A DNA stretch of 63,899 nucleotides, filler included, from Intoshia linei (Eukaryota > Animalia > Orthonectida): NCBI GenBank assembly GCA_001642005.1. It is 6 parts of 6 records of this genome, joined end to end, with 100 filler letters (N's around TTAATTAATTAA, not from the genome) between each part and the next. Parts side by side here need not be neighbours in the genome. Positions count along the whole stretch, not along the records: positions 1 to 19,268 come from LWCA01000739.1; positions 19,369 to 48,561 come from LWCA01000392.1; 4 more parts are not named here. One strand, given 5' to 3'. Under the pieces are notes generated by a model, which did not search any database, had not been told where the DNA came from, and saw nothing but the letters and a program-made list of their open reading frames with translations. Made by a program: the position numbers and the translations under genes. Shown here piece after piece: positions 12,163-26,403 of the stretch (position 1 is its first letter; each line of letters begins with the position of its first letter).

Positions 12163-13559
12163 ATTTCAAAATTTCAGTTATATTATAAATGAAAATGTGT
12201 AAAACAAATATTTGATTTATACATGTTGATAACATTTTATATGTACGCTATTTATATTTGACTAGGTTGACTGTTATATATACAGCACGACAAAACTATA
12301 GCACATTCATATAACTTCATGAATATTATTTAAAAATTATGATTTTGTTAAAAAATGTATAGTATACATTTATTTTTTACTGCATTGCAGTGGTTTTTAA
12401 TTTTTTTTGACCTATGCACCCCCAAATATTGATCTTAATGACTGTGCACCCCTGATTAGAAATCAATTAATACAATATTAATTATAAATAAAGTGTTAAT
12501 TAGTTACCTTAATTAAACTGATCAAATTTAAAAATTAAAAATAACCATTGGAAATCGCATTGATTGTCGAAATTATGATATTCTTAAGAAATTTTTCATC
12601 AATACCTATTAATAAATTAAAAAAGTAGGCACTCATGATTGTAGACACGGGATATATGATCCTCTCCACGACCCTGTCTGTACTTACTTCAAACCTTTAT
12701 AAAAATGAAAACGTGTCAACTATCATAGCCACTAAAAGTTTTGTAAGTACTATATTTATATATTTGTAAGTATTATACTACTGCAATATCCAGTAGATAT
12801 ATTATCTATTTTCCATTGAGAAATATCGGAAAATGTAGAAGCCCTGGTCACACCACTAAATTCATTAATCATAAATAGACTATTCAAATATAATGTTAAA
12901 GACTCAGAAAATAGACGAATTATGTAGTAGCGAAAACTTTTACATAACAATTGAACAAATTTATTTACATAAATTTTAATAAGATCGTTATTGTTGCTTT
13001 GAAATGAGAATTCAGCTAAATCTTCGCATTGTTTTTGACAGGCTCACTCGCATACCGGCAGGGACATCTAATTTATTCATTTTTTTTTTTTTAATTTGAT
13101 AAAATAAAAAATCCAGCTTTACAAATCTATTTTACATTACAAAACTACAGTAACAAAAGTAGTAATTACTTTAAGGGTAGTTTCAGTCACAAATGGATAG
13201 ATATTAAGCATACTACACCAAAAACCACCAAATATCACATTTTAAGCTATCATAGTCATATATAATTTATTTCCCTAAGGGCAACTAGAAAAATCAAGGG
13301 ACTATGTTAATATTTTTTCTATTTGGGGGCCAAATTAAATTATAGGGCCCATAAAAAATTTTATATATATTTTAATGTATTAATATATAATTTATTTCGA
13401 ATACATCAATTCTCTTGTAGTTCTATTTAATGACTCACAAAACAGATATTCCTCTTTAATGTTATCATTCACAACATATCTTGCAAACACATCAGTAGAT
13501 TCGTTTAATTGTAAATTAAATTTTACTAGGCTTGATCGAAATTTATCCATAACTTAATC

Positions 13560-14100
13560 AACATAATCTCTGAATACATCAGCAAAAATTAAAATTACCG
13601 GTAGACCTTCAAAATTAACATGTAAAGAAAGAAGAGTAATAATTAGAAAAGCCTTAAATTCTGTTTTATCGGTTCAAAACATAAAAGATGAGCTAGATTT
13701 GAATAGTTCTGTAATGACAATACAAAGAGCTTTGAAAACCGAAAACTCAAATCGAAACCATTCTTATCACAAAAACATCCATAATTAATATAATTATTTA
13801 TATAATTTTTAGATAGGATGACGTTTGCCCGTGAAAATTTAAAAAAAAACTGGTCCTCTGTCTTTTTTTCAGACGAAAAGAGGTTTAATTTGGACGGATC
13901 TGATGGAGAGTCGTATTATTGGCACGATCTAAGAAAATATGAAATTTCTATAATGGGAAAAAAGTTTGGAAGGGTAGATTATGTTATGGACAGCATTTGG
14001 AGTGAATACGAAGAGCAAACTGATAAATTTAAATTGTTTGCAGACTGTCGTGAACCTACCAATTGAACGATAATTGAAATCAATATACAAACAGCATTAC
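13560..14100 (+). mobile_element. Degenerate Tc3-like (Tc1/mariner) transposase fragment
   Basis: GRPSKLT..ERRVIIR HTH region, then WSSVFFSDEKRFNLDGSDG..YYWHDLRK, the Tc3 signature around the first catalytic D. Frameshifted and truncated. Confidence 0.85.
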
Positions 14101-14469
14101 ACTACCAAAACAATGTTATTGAGCAGTGACATAAGCTACATTAATTTTAGGTTAAATAACAGTGTGCAAAATGAACGAAATTGTGTATTATTACAGCCAA
14201 AATTAATTTAGATTACATTTCATCTTGAAAAATGAATGAATTTTGCATTATTATAAGCCATTACTATTTTAATCACAAAACAAATATTAACTAAAATTTA
14301 ATTGGTAGGTATAAAATTTTGATAGGCATAAAATTTTTCACGACGGGTTGATATTATTAAAAAATATTCGATATACCAAAAAAAAATTTTTTTACCCATA
14401 ATTCACTCTGAACTGGCCATAAAAAAAATCCTTAAAAATTTTACGGTGATTTATTTCATAAATTTGATT

Positions 14470-15026
14470 GGGCTTCAACGCAAAATTTTGAAATTTTATC
14501 AGCCTTTGATGAATAGTACGTGTTAAAATAAATTCTCATATTCCTGTTAAGCAGTGGTTTTTAACCGGTGCGCCGAAAAATAATTTGAGTTTATTTTGTA
14601 AATTTTTACATTATACTTATCAAATCATTTTTTAACGACAGCATTAAAATTATTTTTTAATTAAAACATATCCTGTTGAGATTTATTGTTATTTAAATGT
14701 AATCTTTGGAAATTTGATGTTTTTTATAATTCGAACTGATTGTAAATTAGATAATTGTTTATTATTCCTCTGATTTAAATTTTCAATTAAAAATAATCTT
14801 GTCAATTGTTTAAAAACGTAATCTTCAGGAATTTTATCTTTTTTCACACTATACTTAATTTAATTTTGAACGCATTAATTACAACTAAATTAACTCTTTT
14901 ATTGTAAAATTCGTTTCTGATTGATTTTTATACAATAAAATCAATTTAATTTAAGGAATTATTTATTTATAGTAATTTTTTAAATATTTATTCTTCATAA
15001 AATTTAAAAATCTTGCGTTGAAGCGC
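14470..15026. mobile_element. Probable MITE with ~30-bp imperfect TIRs
   Basis: Left GGGCTTCAACGCAAAATTTTGAAATTTTAT versus reverse-complemented right GCGCTTCAACGCAAGATTTTTAAATTTTAT. TSD unclear. Confidence 0.55.
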
Positions 15027-16451
15027 TATAGTGCAGGGTAATATCCATTTTATAAAAAGCGTGAATAGTAATTCAGGTAATATTCATAAATAACTTTATG
15101 TTCATTATGATTTATTATTAAAATTTCATTCGGTCCGCGCCTGACCAAACCTTAATATTATGATTTACAAATTTATATATAATACCCATGAGGTTAATGG
15201 GAAACATTGCCGAGGTATTCTTTTTCTATAAAAAAAAAAAAGGACTCTCTACTGTACATAATGATTCTAAAATTAATTTTTTTGGTTAATTATATCAAAA
15301 ATTATATTATTTTTTTGAGGAGTATTTTAGTTTTTGCGCATTAGATACCTTATTTGAATTAAAATATCTTAAATTCTTAATAAAATTATACTGTTCGTAA
15401 TGATATAAAAATTAATTTTTTTGGTTTAATTTTTAATGTAAATAGTTTTTAGATATATAACGAAAATTAAGCATCAATTTAAGTACTTTTGAGGTTGAAT
15501 ATTATCTTACTAACACCCACAGAAAAAACTGTAATAAAAATTTGGACTTGTGTATGAAAATTCTAAGACTGGTAATTATTGAAATAAACGATAACACACA
15601 CAGACAAAAAAAGCATATTATATAAGTAAGGATTTACATTTTAATTTTTTTATTATATTTATTAATATATTTTTTTATCTATAATAATTTATATTTTTTT
15701 TTTTAGTTTCCAAAATCGACATTTTCGGTTAGTTCTCTTAGATTTCAACAACGTTAAGTCTGATAAATTAACTTAAACTGCTGTTAAATTCCGAAAACAA
15801 ATTAATGTATATAAAACTTAAACAATGATAACAAGCATAATTCAATAAACGCAATTTGATGCATCTTAAATTTTACACAATGTTAATGTACAATTAAAAT
15901 ATTTTAGGGGCACACTTTTACGCCAGGGGGAACTACCGCTCTACACCTCACTTAAATCCGCTACTGGGTAGGTGTCTATTATTTCATTATTATTATCATT
16001 TATCTATATGTACTATTTTAGTTTTAAAATAAATATGCAAAAGTGATAACCTAATTTGACTTTGCTAAATAATGTCGTACGGTTAGTTAAAAGGAGAATC
16101 AATTAATTTGATTATTTTGTTAGTAAGTTTGTATCAAAGTTTCTAAAGGTAAATTACGTTGTACATTTAAAATTATCTTAAAATTTAAAAAATTGTGAAA
16201 TTTTGATTAGAATAACGTGTCATAAAATAAAATTAGTGACTACAAAACCTGTTTAATGTGTGAAGATTCATTAATTTAATATTTTCTATAATATTAAACG
16301 ACTTGACAATAAGTAAGGATTATAACTTTGGTTATTTTTAAAGAATTAACAGATTCAATAAATTGGACCAATACAGAAAACAATAGATTATTTAGTCTAT
16401 CATAAACAAAATAAATAAATAACATATTCCAACAAAAATATTTATAACGTT

Positions 16452-18693
16452 ATGAATTCAAACAATTTGCAGTGCCAAACATTTCAAAAATCGTTTCCTA
16501 AACTTGACGTAAAAATATAATGAAATAATTTAATTTTTTAGAGTAGTCATTTTGACAATAGAGACGAGTCTTTACCAATTTTAAAATCAAACCAACAGTA
16601 ATTTTTTAATTGTTACATTTGATTTTGATATTTAGCTACGTCACGTCTCTTGATTTTGCGAGTGTTAAACCTTTAGAAAATGTAAAAATAATAGGTCAAA
16701 GTATTAAACTACCCCAAATTGATATCACGTATAGATTGGTTATAAAATAATCATAAGAATACTAGTATTCAAGAAAAAAATAAAGAGTTATCGACAGCAA
16801 TAATAGCAATAAACAAGGTAAGACGGATATCTATTGTTAAATTACATTTGAATGTTTTTAGCAGGACAATGAACAGATATCGTACATAAATTCAAAATTA
16901 CATTTTTTTTAATAAATTACAAATGTAGATATCAAAAGAAAAATGAATTTTTAGAAGAATTGCGATTACTCAGTCTAAAAAATAAAATGAATAAAAGTAA
17001 TGTAACCAAAAATCTTGTTATGGGCGGAAAACCTGTCTATTTGAGTAAAAGGTAAACATTTAAATGGATACATTTTTACAATTAATTCTCGATTAATGTA
17101 CTCTAGTTATGTCACATTATTATATTCTCTATAAAAATACAAAATACTGCATTGTATAAAAATAAATGCATATTATAGAAATGATGTAATGACAGAAATT
17201 GCTTATTTGCGAAGTATCATATTACCAAGGTATGCTAAAGACTTGTATATCGGAAAAGGAATAAAATTACCCGAGTAATGTATTGTTTTACCTGTGCATA
17301 ATTTATTTAGCCAACACCAAGTAAATCAAATAATTGATTTGAAATTACCTAACAGCAAGCACAATGAATTGTCTGCAACTCGGCAAATATCAACAAAATT
17401 ATGCTCAGATCGACAACTCATAGACGTTAGAGCTAAATTAATCCCAATTTGCCCTAAGATTAAAAAAACATTATCACCAAGAATCATAGATATGAAGTAT
17501 AAAAAAGGGTTTTAATCTATCATCCTAAATTTAATTTTTATTAGAAATATTCGTCATTTAAATGCTAGTCCTAACCCGTTAGTTGTAAGAAAGTTGTGTT
17601 TAAAAATATTCATTTAAAATAGGGCGTACCATACAAACATTTGGTTAAAAAGAATTATTTAAATAAACTTATCAATAAATTTAAAATGCTCGATAAAGAC
17701 AACGATGGGTATCTTAAATAATTTATGTTCAATAGGGTTGTTGATTTAGTCTGTTTTGTTTTTTTAATTAACAATTATTCGGTTTTAAATACTACCCATC
17801 ATTTTTCGTTCATGGAGATATAATTTAAAAATCAAATCACTATCACATTTACATATCTTTTTATATTATATTCTGTAAATCCAATATGGTTTATAAATTT
17901 TCATTTTTTTTATATTATCATAATAATTATGATGCTGTCTAATTTTTGCAATCCGAAAATTTTAACAACCCTAATATTCATACATTTTATATCTGCATTA
18001 TGTAGTAAGTGAAATAAGTTTCACTGCATCATATTATTCATTTTATTAGAAATTTAAAATTTAAAGAAATTCAAAAATTGCTACCGCTTGATTTATCTAA
18101 AGAAAAAACTAAATATATCAAAGATGTAAGCATTTATTTACATGTAATCATGTAATGTATATATAACCAGCCAATTGCGACTACTTTAAAAAATCTTTAA
18201 GTTCTTTAGAAAAATTAACAATACCATTGTTAATAATTTTCCGTTCAATAAAAATTTATGAATTAATTAAAGTCTAGGTTCACATCAAATTTATATTTAT
18301 TGTTTCTATTAGTATTTCTTAAACGAGGATGATAGTACTCCAACTGATGGATGCCAGAATATTAATTTAATTTAATTTCCAAATATTCAATTTTTTTAGA
18401 ATAAAAAGTACATAATTATTATTTAAGATTACAAATTATACAAAGTTCAAAATTTTAAATTTTAAGATGTTTAAATTTTATTTTATTTGGAAAAATTTAT
18501 TCTTTATTATAAAAAGAAAAGAAAGATCTGATTAGTAATTAGCCGCCAGGTACCCTGTATACATTATACTGTATATTAAACAAATGTATATAATTTTATC
18601 ATTTTAGATTTACAAATTATCTTCGTTTACATATTTTGGACTAAGAGAATTTGTTCCAATGCTTTTATTGTTCAAAAAGATTGAAAATTTAGG
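16452..18693 (+). CDS. Many-exon EF-hand-containing protein (3' end not found before the gap)
   Basis: About 12 small exons join in frame from ATG 16452 (MNSNNLQCQ...). The junction KFKMLDKDNDG|NLKFKEIQKLL forms a canonical EF-hand loop. Last seen exon IYKLSSFTYFGLREFVPMLLL ends at a donor at 18694. Confidence 0.65.
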
Positions 18694-19098
18694 GTAATTA
18701 TTATTAAGTACGTTCTTATTAATTGGACTACTTGTTAAAAATGGATAAATTTAAAATTTAAACAACCAATACTCTTATTCTTATGAACAACAAATGTTCT
18801 TAACATTCTAGACCGAACCTTAAACCAGTGGTTCTTACGGGACGTGAATCGCCCCTTGGGGAAATTTTCTAAAACAGGGAGGCGAATTTTCTATATTATT
18901 TCACAAAATACATCATTTAATTTTTTTTAAGTTAAAATTTTTTATGCCGTTTGATGAAATGGTAAAATCTTTTCGTTAAATAACTTGGCTAAACAACGTA
19001 CAAAAGTATTTCATTATGTTAAAAAAATATTGGTTCTATGTGTACATTCTAGAAAAAAATCGAGTAACACTCAGTATAAAAAATTCAATTGTGTAGAT

Positions 19099-19268
19099 TA
19101 GGGGTGTGAACAAATTTTTATATCAAAAGTGCACCCTTCCACCATATGAACATTTTGAAAATATTCAATTTGCACCCAATCTTACCTCTCAACTGTTAAA
19201 AAAAATGGGGCATAGCCTCTAAAGTTTTGAACAATATATCGCTCACAGTAACTAATATATAACAATTT
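19099..19268. mobile_element. Left end of TAGGGG-terminal hAT MITE, truncated by gap
   Basis: Near-identical to 59034-59200. Confidence 0.85.
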
Positions 19269-19368
19269 NNNNNNNNNNNNNNNNNNNNNNNNNNNNNNNN
19301 NNNNNNNNNNNNTTAATTAATTAANNNNNNNNNNNNNNNNNNNNNNNNNNNNNNNNNNNNNNNNNNNN
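19269..19368. other. Assembly gap with TTAATTAATTAA linker (also at 48562-48661, 51902-52001, 61179-61278, 62733-62832)
   Basis: Five identical 100-nt N+linker+N blocks. The linker gives stop codons in all six frames. Confidence 0.95.
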
Positions 19369-19775
19369 TATAATCAAAAATAAACAATAAATAAATAAAA
19401 GTATATTTAGTAAATATCATAGCCAACATAATCCTATTATGTAAAAAGGATTAGTGGAATTATTCCCGGTATATTTGATACGAAGCATATCATATGTCAA
19501 AATAAGGATTATTAATATATCATTTTATCTGAGATCAATTTTTCAATGTCAGACAGTGTTATTATACTATTCACCATATATACTAATTAGTATAGGATAT
19601 TAAGTTACTTAACACATTATTATAACATGTTTAAAATGTTAGTCACCTGCAGATTTTTGAGATATTTTTCTAAAACGAGATTGATAATATAGTGGTTGGT
19701 TTAGTCACATCAATAAATTATAAGTAGGGTGTATATTTGCAAAAAATTTTATAATACAAATTTACAGTCTATATT

Positions 19776-21807
19776 TTAACGACAAAATTGAACATCTCTG
19801 CCTTTAGAATTGACACGTTTATAAGAGGTTTCAGAACTTTTTTTCGAATTATAGCCAAACTTTTGCCTTTTTCTATTACTCAAGGTGCAATTTACATCTA
19901 AATAAATATTATTATCAGCATAAATAAAAATTACTCAAATCTACATAAGGCGGTGATGTAAATCCAAATGAAGTAGCCACAGCATTCAAATCCAACTTGT
20001 AAACGTCATAAATATTTTTCAGTTGATGAGAAGCGTAAGCCCTAACATAACTTTTGTACGCATTTAATGCAGAACAATGCAAAAAATAGTTTTTTTCAAT
20101 TAATTTTTCCAACTATAAAGTAATGATAAAAAATTAAATAAATAATAAATAATAAATTACTTGAGACTGAATATTAGCTAGCTTATTTAAGGAGAATTCA
20201 TACTCATTCAAAGAAACTTTAACTTCTTCAAGATATGTTAAGAATCCTTCTTCGTGTTTAGATAAAATAAGCAAAGCATTTCCCTTAGAACCTTCACCTC
20301 TAGCTGTTCGACCAACGCGATGAATATATTCCTATCCATAAAATACAAAACGAAACAAATAAATCTACTTTGGGGTCATCCGGCGGATCAAATTGAACAA
20401 TCCAATCTATTGCTGGCATATCCAAACCACGTGCCGCTACATCCGTACATAACAAAATTCCTAAATAGAAAGATGCAAATAAAATGAAATAATTAAACTG
20501 AATATTACCTTCAGTTGCCTTTGTAAAATTGAAAAATGTTTGGGTTCGTTTTGACTGTTTTTGTTTTCCCTAAAATAAATTAAAATAAAAAAGTTAACAT
20601 TATAAAATTACGTGGATGCTTGAAACGGGTATATCAATATAGTTTAAAAGTTCATTGTGGAATTTTACAGACATACAAGAACTGAAAAAAACCAAAATTT
20701 TTTTGGATTTATTCTTTTTTAGAAATGTAAATAACAAAAGAAATCGTTTTTCCTCTGGACAAATAACATACCCCTACAAATTCTAAATTAATCAAATAAA
20801 CATTTACTTGTTCTAGCATATCTACAGTAGCTGCTGACTTGTCATCGTCAACTCCAATATATATCTTTGAATCATTTAAGGAAATGTTGGCTAATTTATT
20901 AATTTTCTCCGATAAAGTGGCCGAAAATAATGCCGTAATACGCTTTGCTAATCAAAAACTATTAAATAGTTTCAGAAATTATACATGGCAAAATTTTTAA
21001 AATTTGTTTCATTTCCTCTTCAAATCCGGTATCCAGTATACGGTCCGCTTCGTCAATTACAAGACATTTCAAGTTTGAATATTTAAATTTCTGATTCATC
21101 TATATATCGAATAATGGTATTGAAATTAAAAAATCACTTTCAAATGATCTAGCAATCTTCCGGGCGTTGCAACCAAAATATTTACACCTGAGGCTAAATG
21201 TTTTGCCTCGTCTTTTCTACATGTACCGCCCATGGCAATACCTATCGTCTGAGTGTGATTCTTTATTAAATTTTTCAATACACCATATGTTTGCATTGAT
21301 AATTCTCGGGTTGGTGAAATGATTACAATTCCCGTTCCTATATGCAATTATATACATTTTGTATATCTTACCATTTCTAGGCAAAAATTTCATTTTATGT
21401 AACAATTCGACGCATGGAATAAGAAAAGCCAATGTTTTGCCACTTCCAGTTTTAGCTGCTCCAAGTACGTCTCTGTATATTAATTTATTTGTTAATACAT
21501 TATATGTATATTAATTACTTTCCAGACAATAGTAGAGGCACTACTCTGTGTTGTATTTCCGTCATATTTTTAAATTTCATATCTTCTATTGCATCTAAGG
21601 TTTGTTTGGAAATGTTTTCGGAAAAGTCGGAAAATTTAACAATTTTTGCGTTTTCATTGTCTAAGTTTTGTTTAAATGATCTGTCAATATCCAAATACCT
21701 TCAGGTACCTCTATGTCGACCGTTGGATTGTGTGTTGGGATTGTGTTCTTCTTTAAATGTTTATCTATTTTTCCTTTAGATGATTTTTCTTTTGCAAATG
21801 AACCCAT
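19776..21807 (-). CDS. DDX18: DEAD-box RNA helicase DDX18/Has1/pitchoune (multi-exon)
   Basis: Q motif (MTEIQ), [73 protein letters not shown] and the Has1-type tail [15 protein letters not shown]...[15 protein letters not shown] at 21807, TAA at 19776. Confidence 0.95.
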
Positions 21808-23281
21808 GATTTAACGATAATATGTGTTCACTTAGTTACCAATTTTTACTTTGATCATGGAGAGTTAGAAATTTGGAATGTTTACATATTCAAGTTATGG
21901 TTCAAATCATAGTCAAAATATTAATTAGAATGTACGGGCCTTAATATTACTGAATAGAGTTTATTCAGTTTAAACTCAGAATACAAACTTTCAAAAATGG
22001 AAATTTGTTTATTGTCATTTTTATTACGTTGTGCCTCTCTGAATCAGGGGTGCACAACCTTTTCATCAATTCAGCCGCTACTTTACTCATTGATACTACG
22101 GCCACACAAAATTTAATTTGACATTGAGAAAGTTTAAATACATTTTGATAAAAATATTTCATTTGAATTTGAAGTAAAATGATATATTGCATTATGATTA
22201 CATGGAATGCCATGTGGGCATTCCCACGGTCGCATACGATTATATTCACATATATATACAATAGGGTGATCACTTTCCTCAAAAAATTATTCAAATTGGT
22301 TGAGTTTGGACCTGGCCACTCGACATCGAAATTTTTCCCTAAAAAGTTTAAATTAAACTTTATTTTCATAGTAAAATGTTATAAAAATTTGTAACAAATA
22401 TAAGATTAATGCATATAATTCAAAATTAGTATTGTTTTTTTTGAAAATAAATTAGGCTTTGATTTACAAAAATGACATTGTGTGTCTACAATGGGTGATA
22501 CCAATGATTGTGTACTGTCATATCGTTGTATCATATTAGTGTGACATGTTCTACCACAAAATTGTGGAATCCACCATTCACTTAATGTCACAATTTGTTC
22601 ATACAATAATGCCAATTTCTAGTTAAATCCAGGACAATGTATTAGATATTTTTTTTACTCTTCAAAATGTACGCTCCACAGATAAAACAAAATTTGATCG
22701 ATTTTTCATAAAAATGAGGCATGTTTAGTCAATTGAAATATAACTTTGTAATTTAAATTTTGTATAGCAACATTGTATATATGAATTATAATTAAAACTT
22801 CTATATCTCAGAAATTACACCATAGATTCAAAAAATTTTTTCGCCATTACATCGAAATCTCATAAATTAGTTGCTTCTATTTATTTTCATTTTCAAAGTT
22901 ATTTTTGGAATATTTGCACTGTTTAAGAGCGTTTTGTCTCAATATTTTTGATAATCGCTAAGATAATTATATCAAAATCATAATTATTAAGTTGTAGTAA
23001 TATATCAGTATCATACCAATCGAGATTCGAATATATACTTTTGATATGACTCACATGTGATGTCTAACTGGTAGAATGGTTAGTCATATAATTGTATTCT
23101 GCTGGCTAGTTTGGGAATTCATATGTATGGACGTTACATTTCAAAAACCTATCTTAAATAACTATTATTGATACAATTTTATGAGTCATTAATTTAGCAT
23201 GAAAACAACAAAGTATAGAATAAGACAAACATGTAATTTATAAATAAAACGTAACAAAACACAATGTACAAATTAAAATAA

Positions 23282-25178
23282 TTAATAAATTGATTTTTTG
23301 GAATATAAATAATTGTACCTAAATGAATTGAATAAAAAAATTTAAACATGAATTACAAAAAGTCTTCTAAATCAGAAATATCAAAGTTATCAGGTAAATG
23401 TTCATCAACATTTAAATATATTCCAATAGATTGCTTATTTTTATAAACTAGAAATGCGGGTAAAGCGTTATCATTCTAAAATATATAATTATTTAAAATT
23501 CAACACTTTAATCCAGTGGTCCCAATCCTTTCCAGTTTTTAATCTTGCATTAAAACCGAAGTTGGGAAACACAGTTTTAATAATTTGTGTATTGATACAA
23601 AAAAAGTACAAATGAATCACTGACTGCTGCTGAATAGCTACTAATTTCTGCAAACTTGATATAATTAAATTTTTCAGCCATTTCTTTAATATAAGTATGT
23701 ATCTTGACACAAGTTGGTAGTGCTTTGTTATATATGTGTATAATTATATTAGTATGTTTTGACTCGCTATCAATTTCATTCACGAAATTTGAACTGTTCA
23801 ATTGAAAACATTTGTAAAATTTCTTAACACTAAAATAAAATTTTAATAAGTATAATTAAATGTTATTATCACATTATTTTCATTTATTAACCCTTTTACT
23901 GTTTGAGAACCACTGGTGGTTTTTAGTATTTTGTCTTCATACGGTTGATAACAACTGGTGGTACTCAGTAAATATCTTGTAAAACTTTATAGGAGAGTTT
24001 TTAGTAAATTTTTTTTAGCAAAACAAACGAATACTGTATATTTAAGTGTTTCTCTAACGCTGCACCAATAAAAATGTAAGTGCAATGTAAAATGTAAATG
24101 CAAATAAAAATGCATTATAAGGTCCATAATAGTAAAAAAGAAAAGAATACACAGCGTGAAATTATCGAAAATTAATAAATATTAGCGATATATAAAAATT
24201 TACTTTTTAGCCAACTGTTCCTTTAGCTGTGATCTACGTAAATCAGTATACTCTTGTAAAACTGATTCCATGTCTACATCGCTTTCAGTGGTTTCATGTT
24301 TCTCGTCATTCTAAATAAGTTTAATAAATTACCAATTATATAATTTATCACATTGAACATACTGGCATCATCTCATTTATATTATTTGACCTCATTTTAC
24401 CATAACTTCAAATTTACCACTTTTAAACTAATGTTTTTATACAAAATACATATCGATAAACAAATTTACAACAACTGCAAAGTAAATGAACTGGAAAATT
24501 CATTAAAATAAAAATGATAAGAAGGTGTTAACGTAATCCATTACATTCCACAACTCAAAAATTAATGAACAGACTAAAACAGTTAGGGTTATTCTAACGT
24601 AATTGCGTAATAGATATAAAAATTATCAATAATCAATAGATAACATTATCCATTAATCTCAAAAAGTATTCATATTACTATTAGTAGTAGACAAAAAACA
24701 TGGGAATCATATATTTCGATTTTTAATAAATGCGTTCCTGAAAATTGTAAAATACAAAACAATTAGTGTACATTGTATGCAGTGAAAAGAACAAAGATTA
24801 AATTTTAAATTGATAAATCATTGATGTATTATAAAAATAAAATAACACGTGAAAATAATGACATTTATAAATTTCAAATAAATAAACCTCAGAGTTGGTG
24901 GCAAGACACAACTTTTTCATTAATTTAATTTTGTTGTGTTCATCTCTAAGTTTGTTTTGTCGTTCAATTTTTAGAAATTGATGATAATCAGCCAATACTC
25001 CTTTAGGACCTGTATTAACAGAAACGGAATGTCTAGAACGCCTATCTGCATGTTTAACATGTATTTTGTCTTTAGAATCATCATCTATTTCTATACAATT
25101 TTCATTTTCTGATTCACTACTGCTACATAAATAATTAGTTTTTTCACCATGAATCTTGTCATCAAAATTTAAGGACAT
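23282..25178 (-). CDS. PDCL: Phosducin-like protein 1 (PhLP1)
   Basis: Start MSLNFDDKIHGEKTNYLCSSSESE resembles PhLP1 LDDKLLGEK..YYYSSSE. Has NTGPKGVLADY and thioredoxin-fold exons (IIIHIYN..., ALPAFLVYKN). Confidence 0.9.
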
Positions 25179-25649
25179 TTTAATTAAAATGAGCACTATT
25201 TCAAAATATGGATTTGTATGTCGTAGCAACGTTGTTTGTATCACTAAACTAATTCATAAATTGTTTATTAATCTTTATTAGACAATTTGTATTTATATTT
25301 GTAATATACATTTCCGTTATTTCAACATTCTAAATAGGAATTCGAAATTAAATTATATAAAGACTGAGTTGAGCGTTATGAACTTTGTACAAACACCATC
25401 TAATTCTGCCGAGGCGAACTTTTTAAATTCTACAAAAAAATAAGGCCCACTAGAATAAACTTTTAAATTTGAACTTTATTTATTTTTTAAAAAATATCAA
25501 ACTTAGATGTATATAAATCTATTCAGTTTCATTAAAATATGAATAATTACTTAGTTAAGAATATATGCATTCAAGTGATTAATTTCATTATTGCGATAAA
25601 TAAAAATATTTATTGAGGGTATAATTTACAAATATAAAATCCATTATTG

Positions 25650-26110
25650 AGAGTATACTTCACCGCGATTGTACTTCCTCTTGGTAAACTGACTTTCAAT
25701 TTGTACATCAATCCCCTCTCTTATTTTTTGAATGTAATCCATCATTTATGTGATACAAATGTCCCTCATAAAATTTTTCCAATCAACCGCAGTTTTGGTG
25801 GACATTTTGAGCTCTTTTCCAAGAAATGTATGAGACGTTAATTCACAGGACCAATAGTAAATATATTGAATTATTTTTTCTACCACAATATAACATACAT
25901 TAATTACCTATTTAATATTATTATTATTTAATACCTATTGATAATTTACTTTTGTCGAAAAAGCTAGTGACGCATAGAAATTTCAGTTTTACACGAAAAT
26001 CTCCATCTGTGACCGTCATTGCATTTCTTCTTTGTAAGATACATCTGACGATATGTGCCAGTAAGTATGATCTGACCGGTATTCTGGTTCTCCAGTATAA
26101 TATACATATT
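25650..26110 (-). mobile_element. Merlin (ISXO2/IS1595-like) transposase relic
   Basis: Minus-strand frames read DGHRWRFSCK..ISMRH-SFFDKSKLS and LKMSTKTAVDWKNFMRDIC...DVQI-ESQFTKRKYNRG, typical Merlin motifs, with stops and frameshifts. Confidence 0.8.
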
Positions 26111-26403
26111 TGTATAAATATTTGTCATATTTCACAAATTTTTTTCAATCAATCATTTTAATGTACATAAAATAAATTTGACTGATATTATTCTAAAATT
26201 TTTAGAACTAAAAACCAATTTCATTTACAAAACATTTAAATAATTTATGTAAACTTAATTTCGGCGAAAATTAAATTGAACAAAACTTATTAAACATAAA
26301 CTTTATTGTAGTTTCATTTACATCGTAACGAGACTTTAAACATTATTGTTGCCAGAACAATAAAAATTTGAAATAACTTTTTTTAAATTCTCAATTTGAA
26401 CTA

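Noticed and set aside
12600-13070. Slightly GC-richer stretch with a 64-aa minus-strand ORF
   Set aside because: Could be an exon or a relic, but no motif or clean gene model could be supported.
19269-19368. Repeated TTAATTAATTAA palindrome in five places
   Set aside because: Always centred in identical N runs, so it is an assembly linker rather than biology.
21965-22615. Minus-strand ORFs of 134 and 69 aa upstream of DDX18
   Set aside because: No recognisable domain or consistent splice model. The region contains a hAT-like end (CAGGGGTGCACAAC at ~22045).
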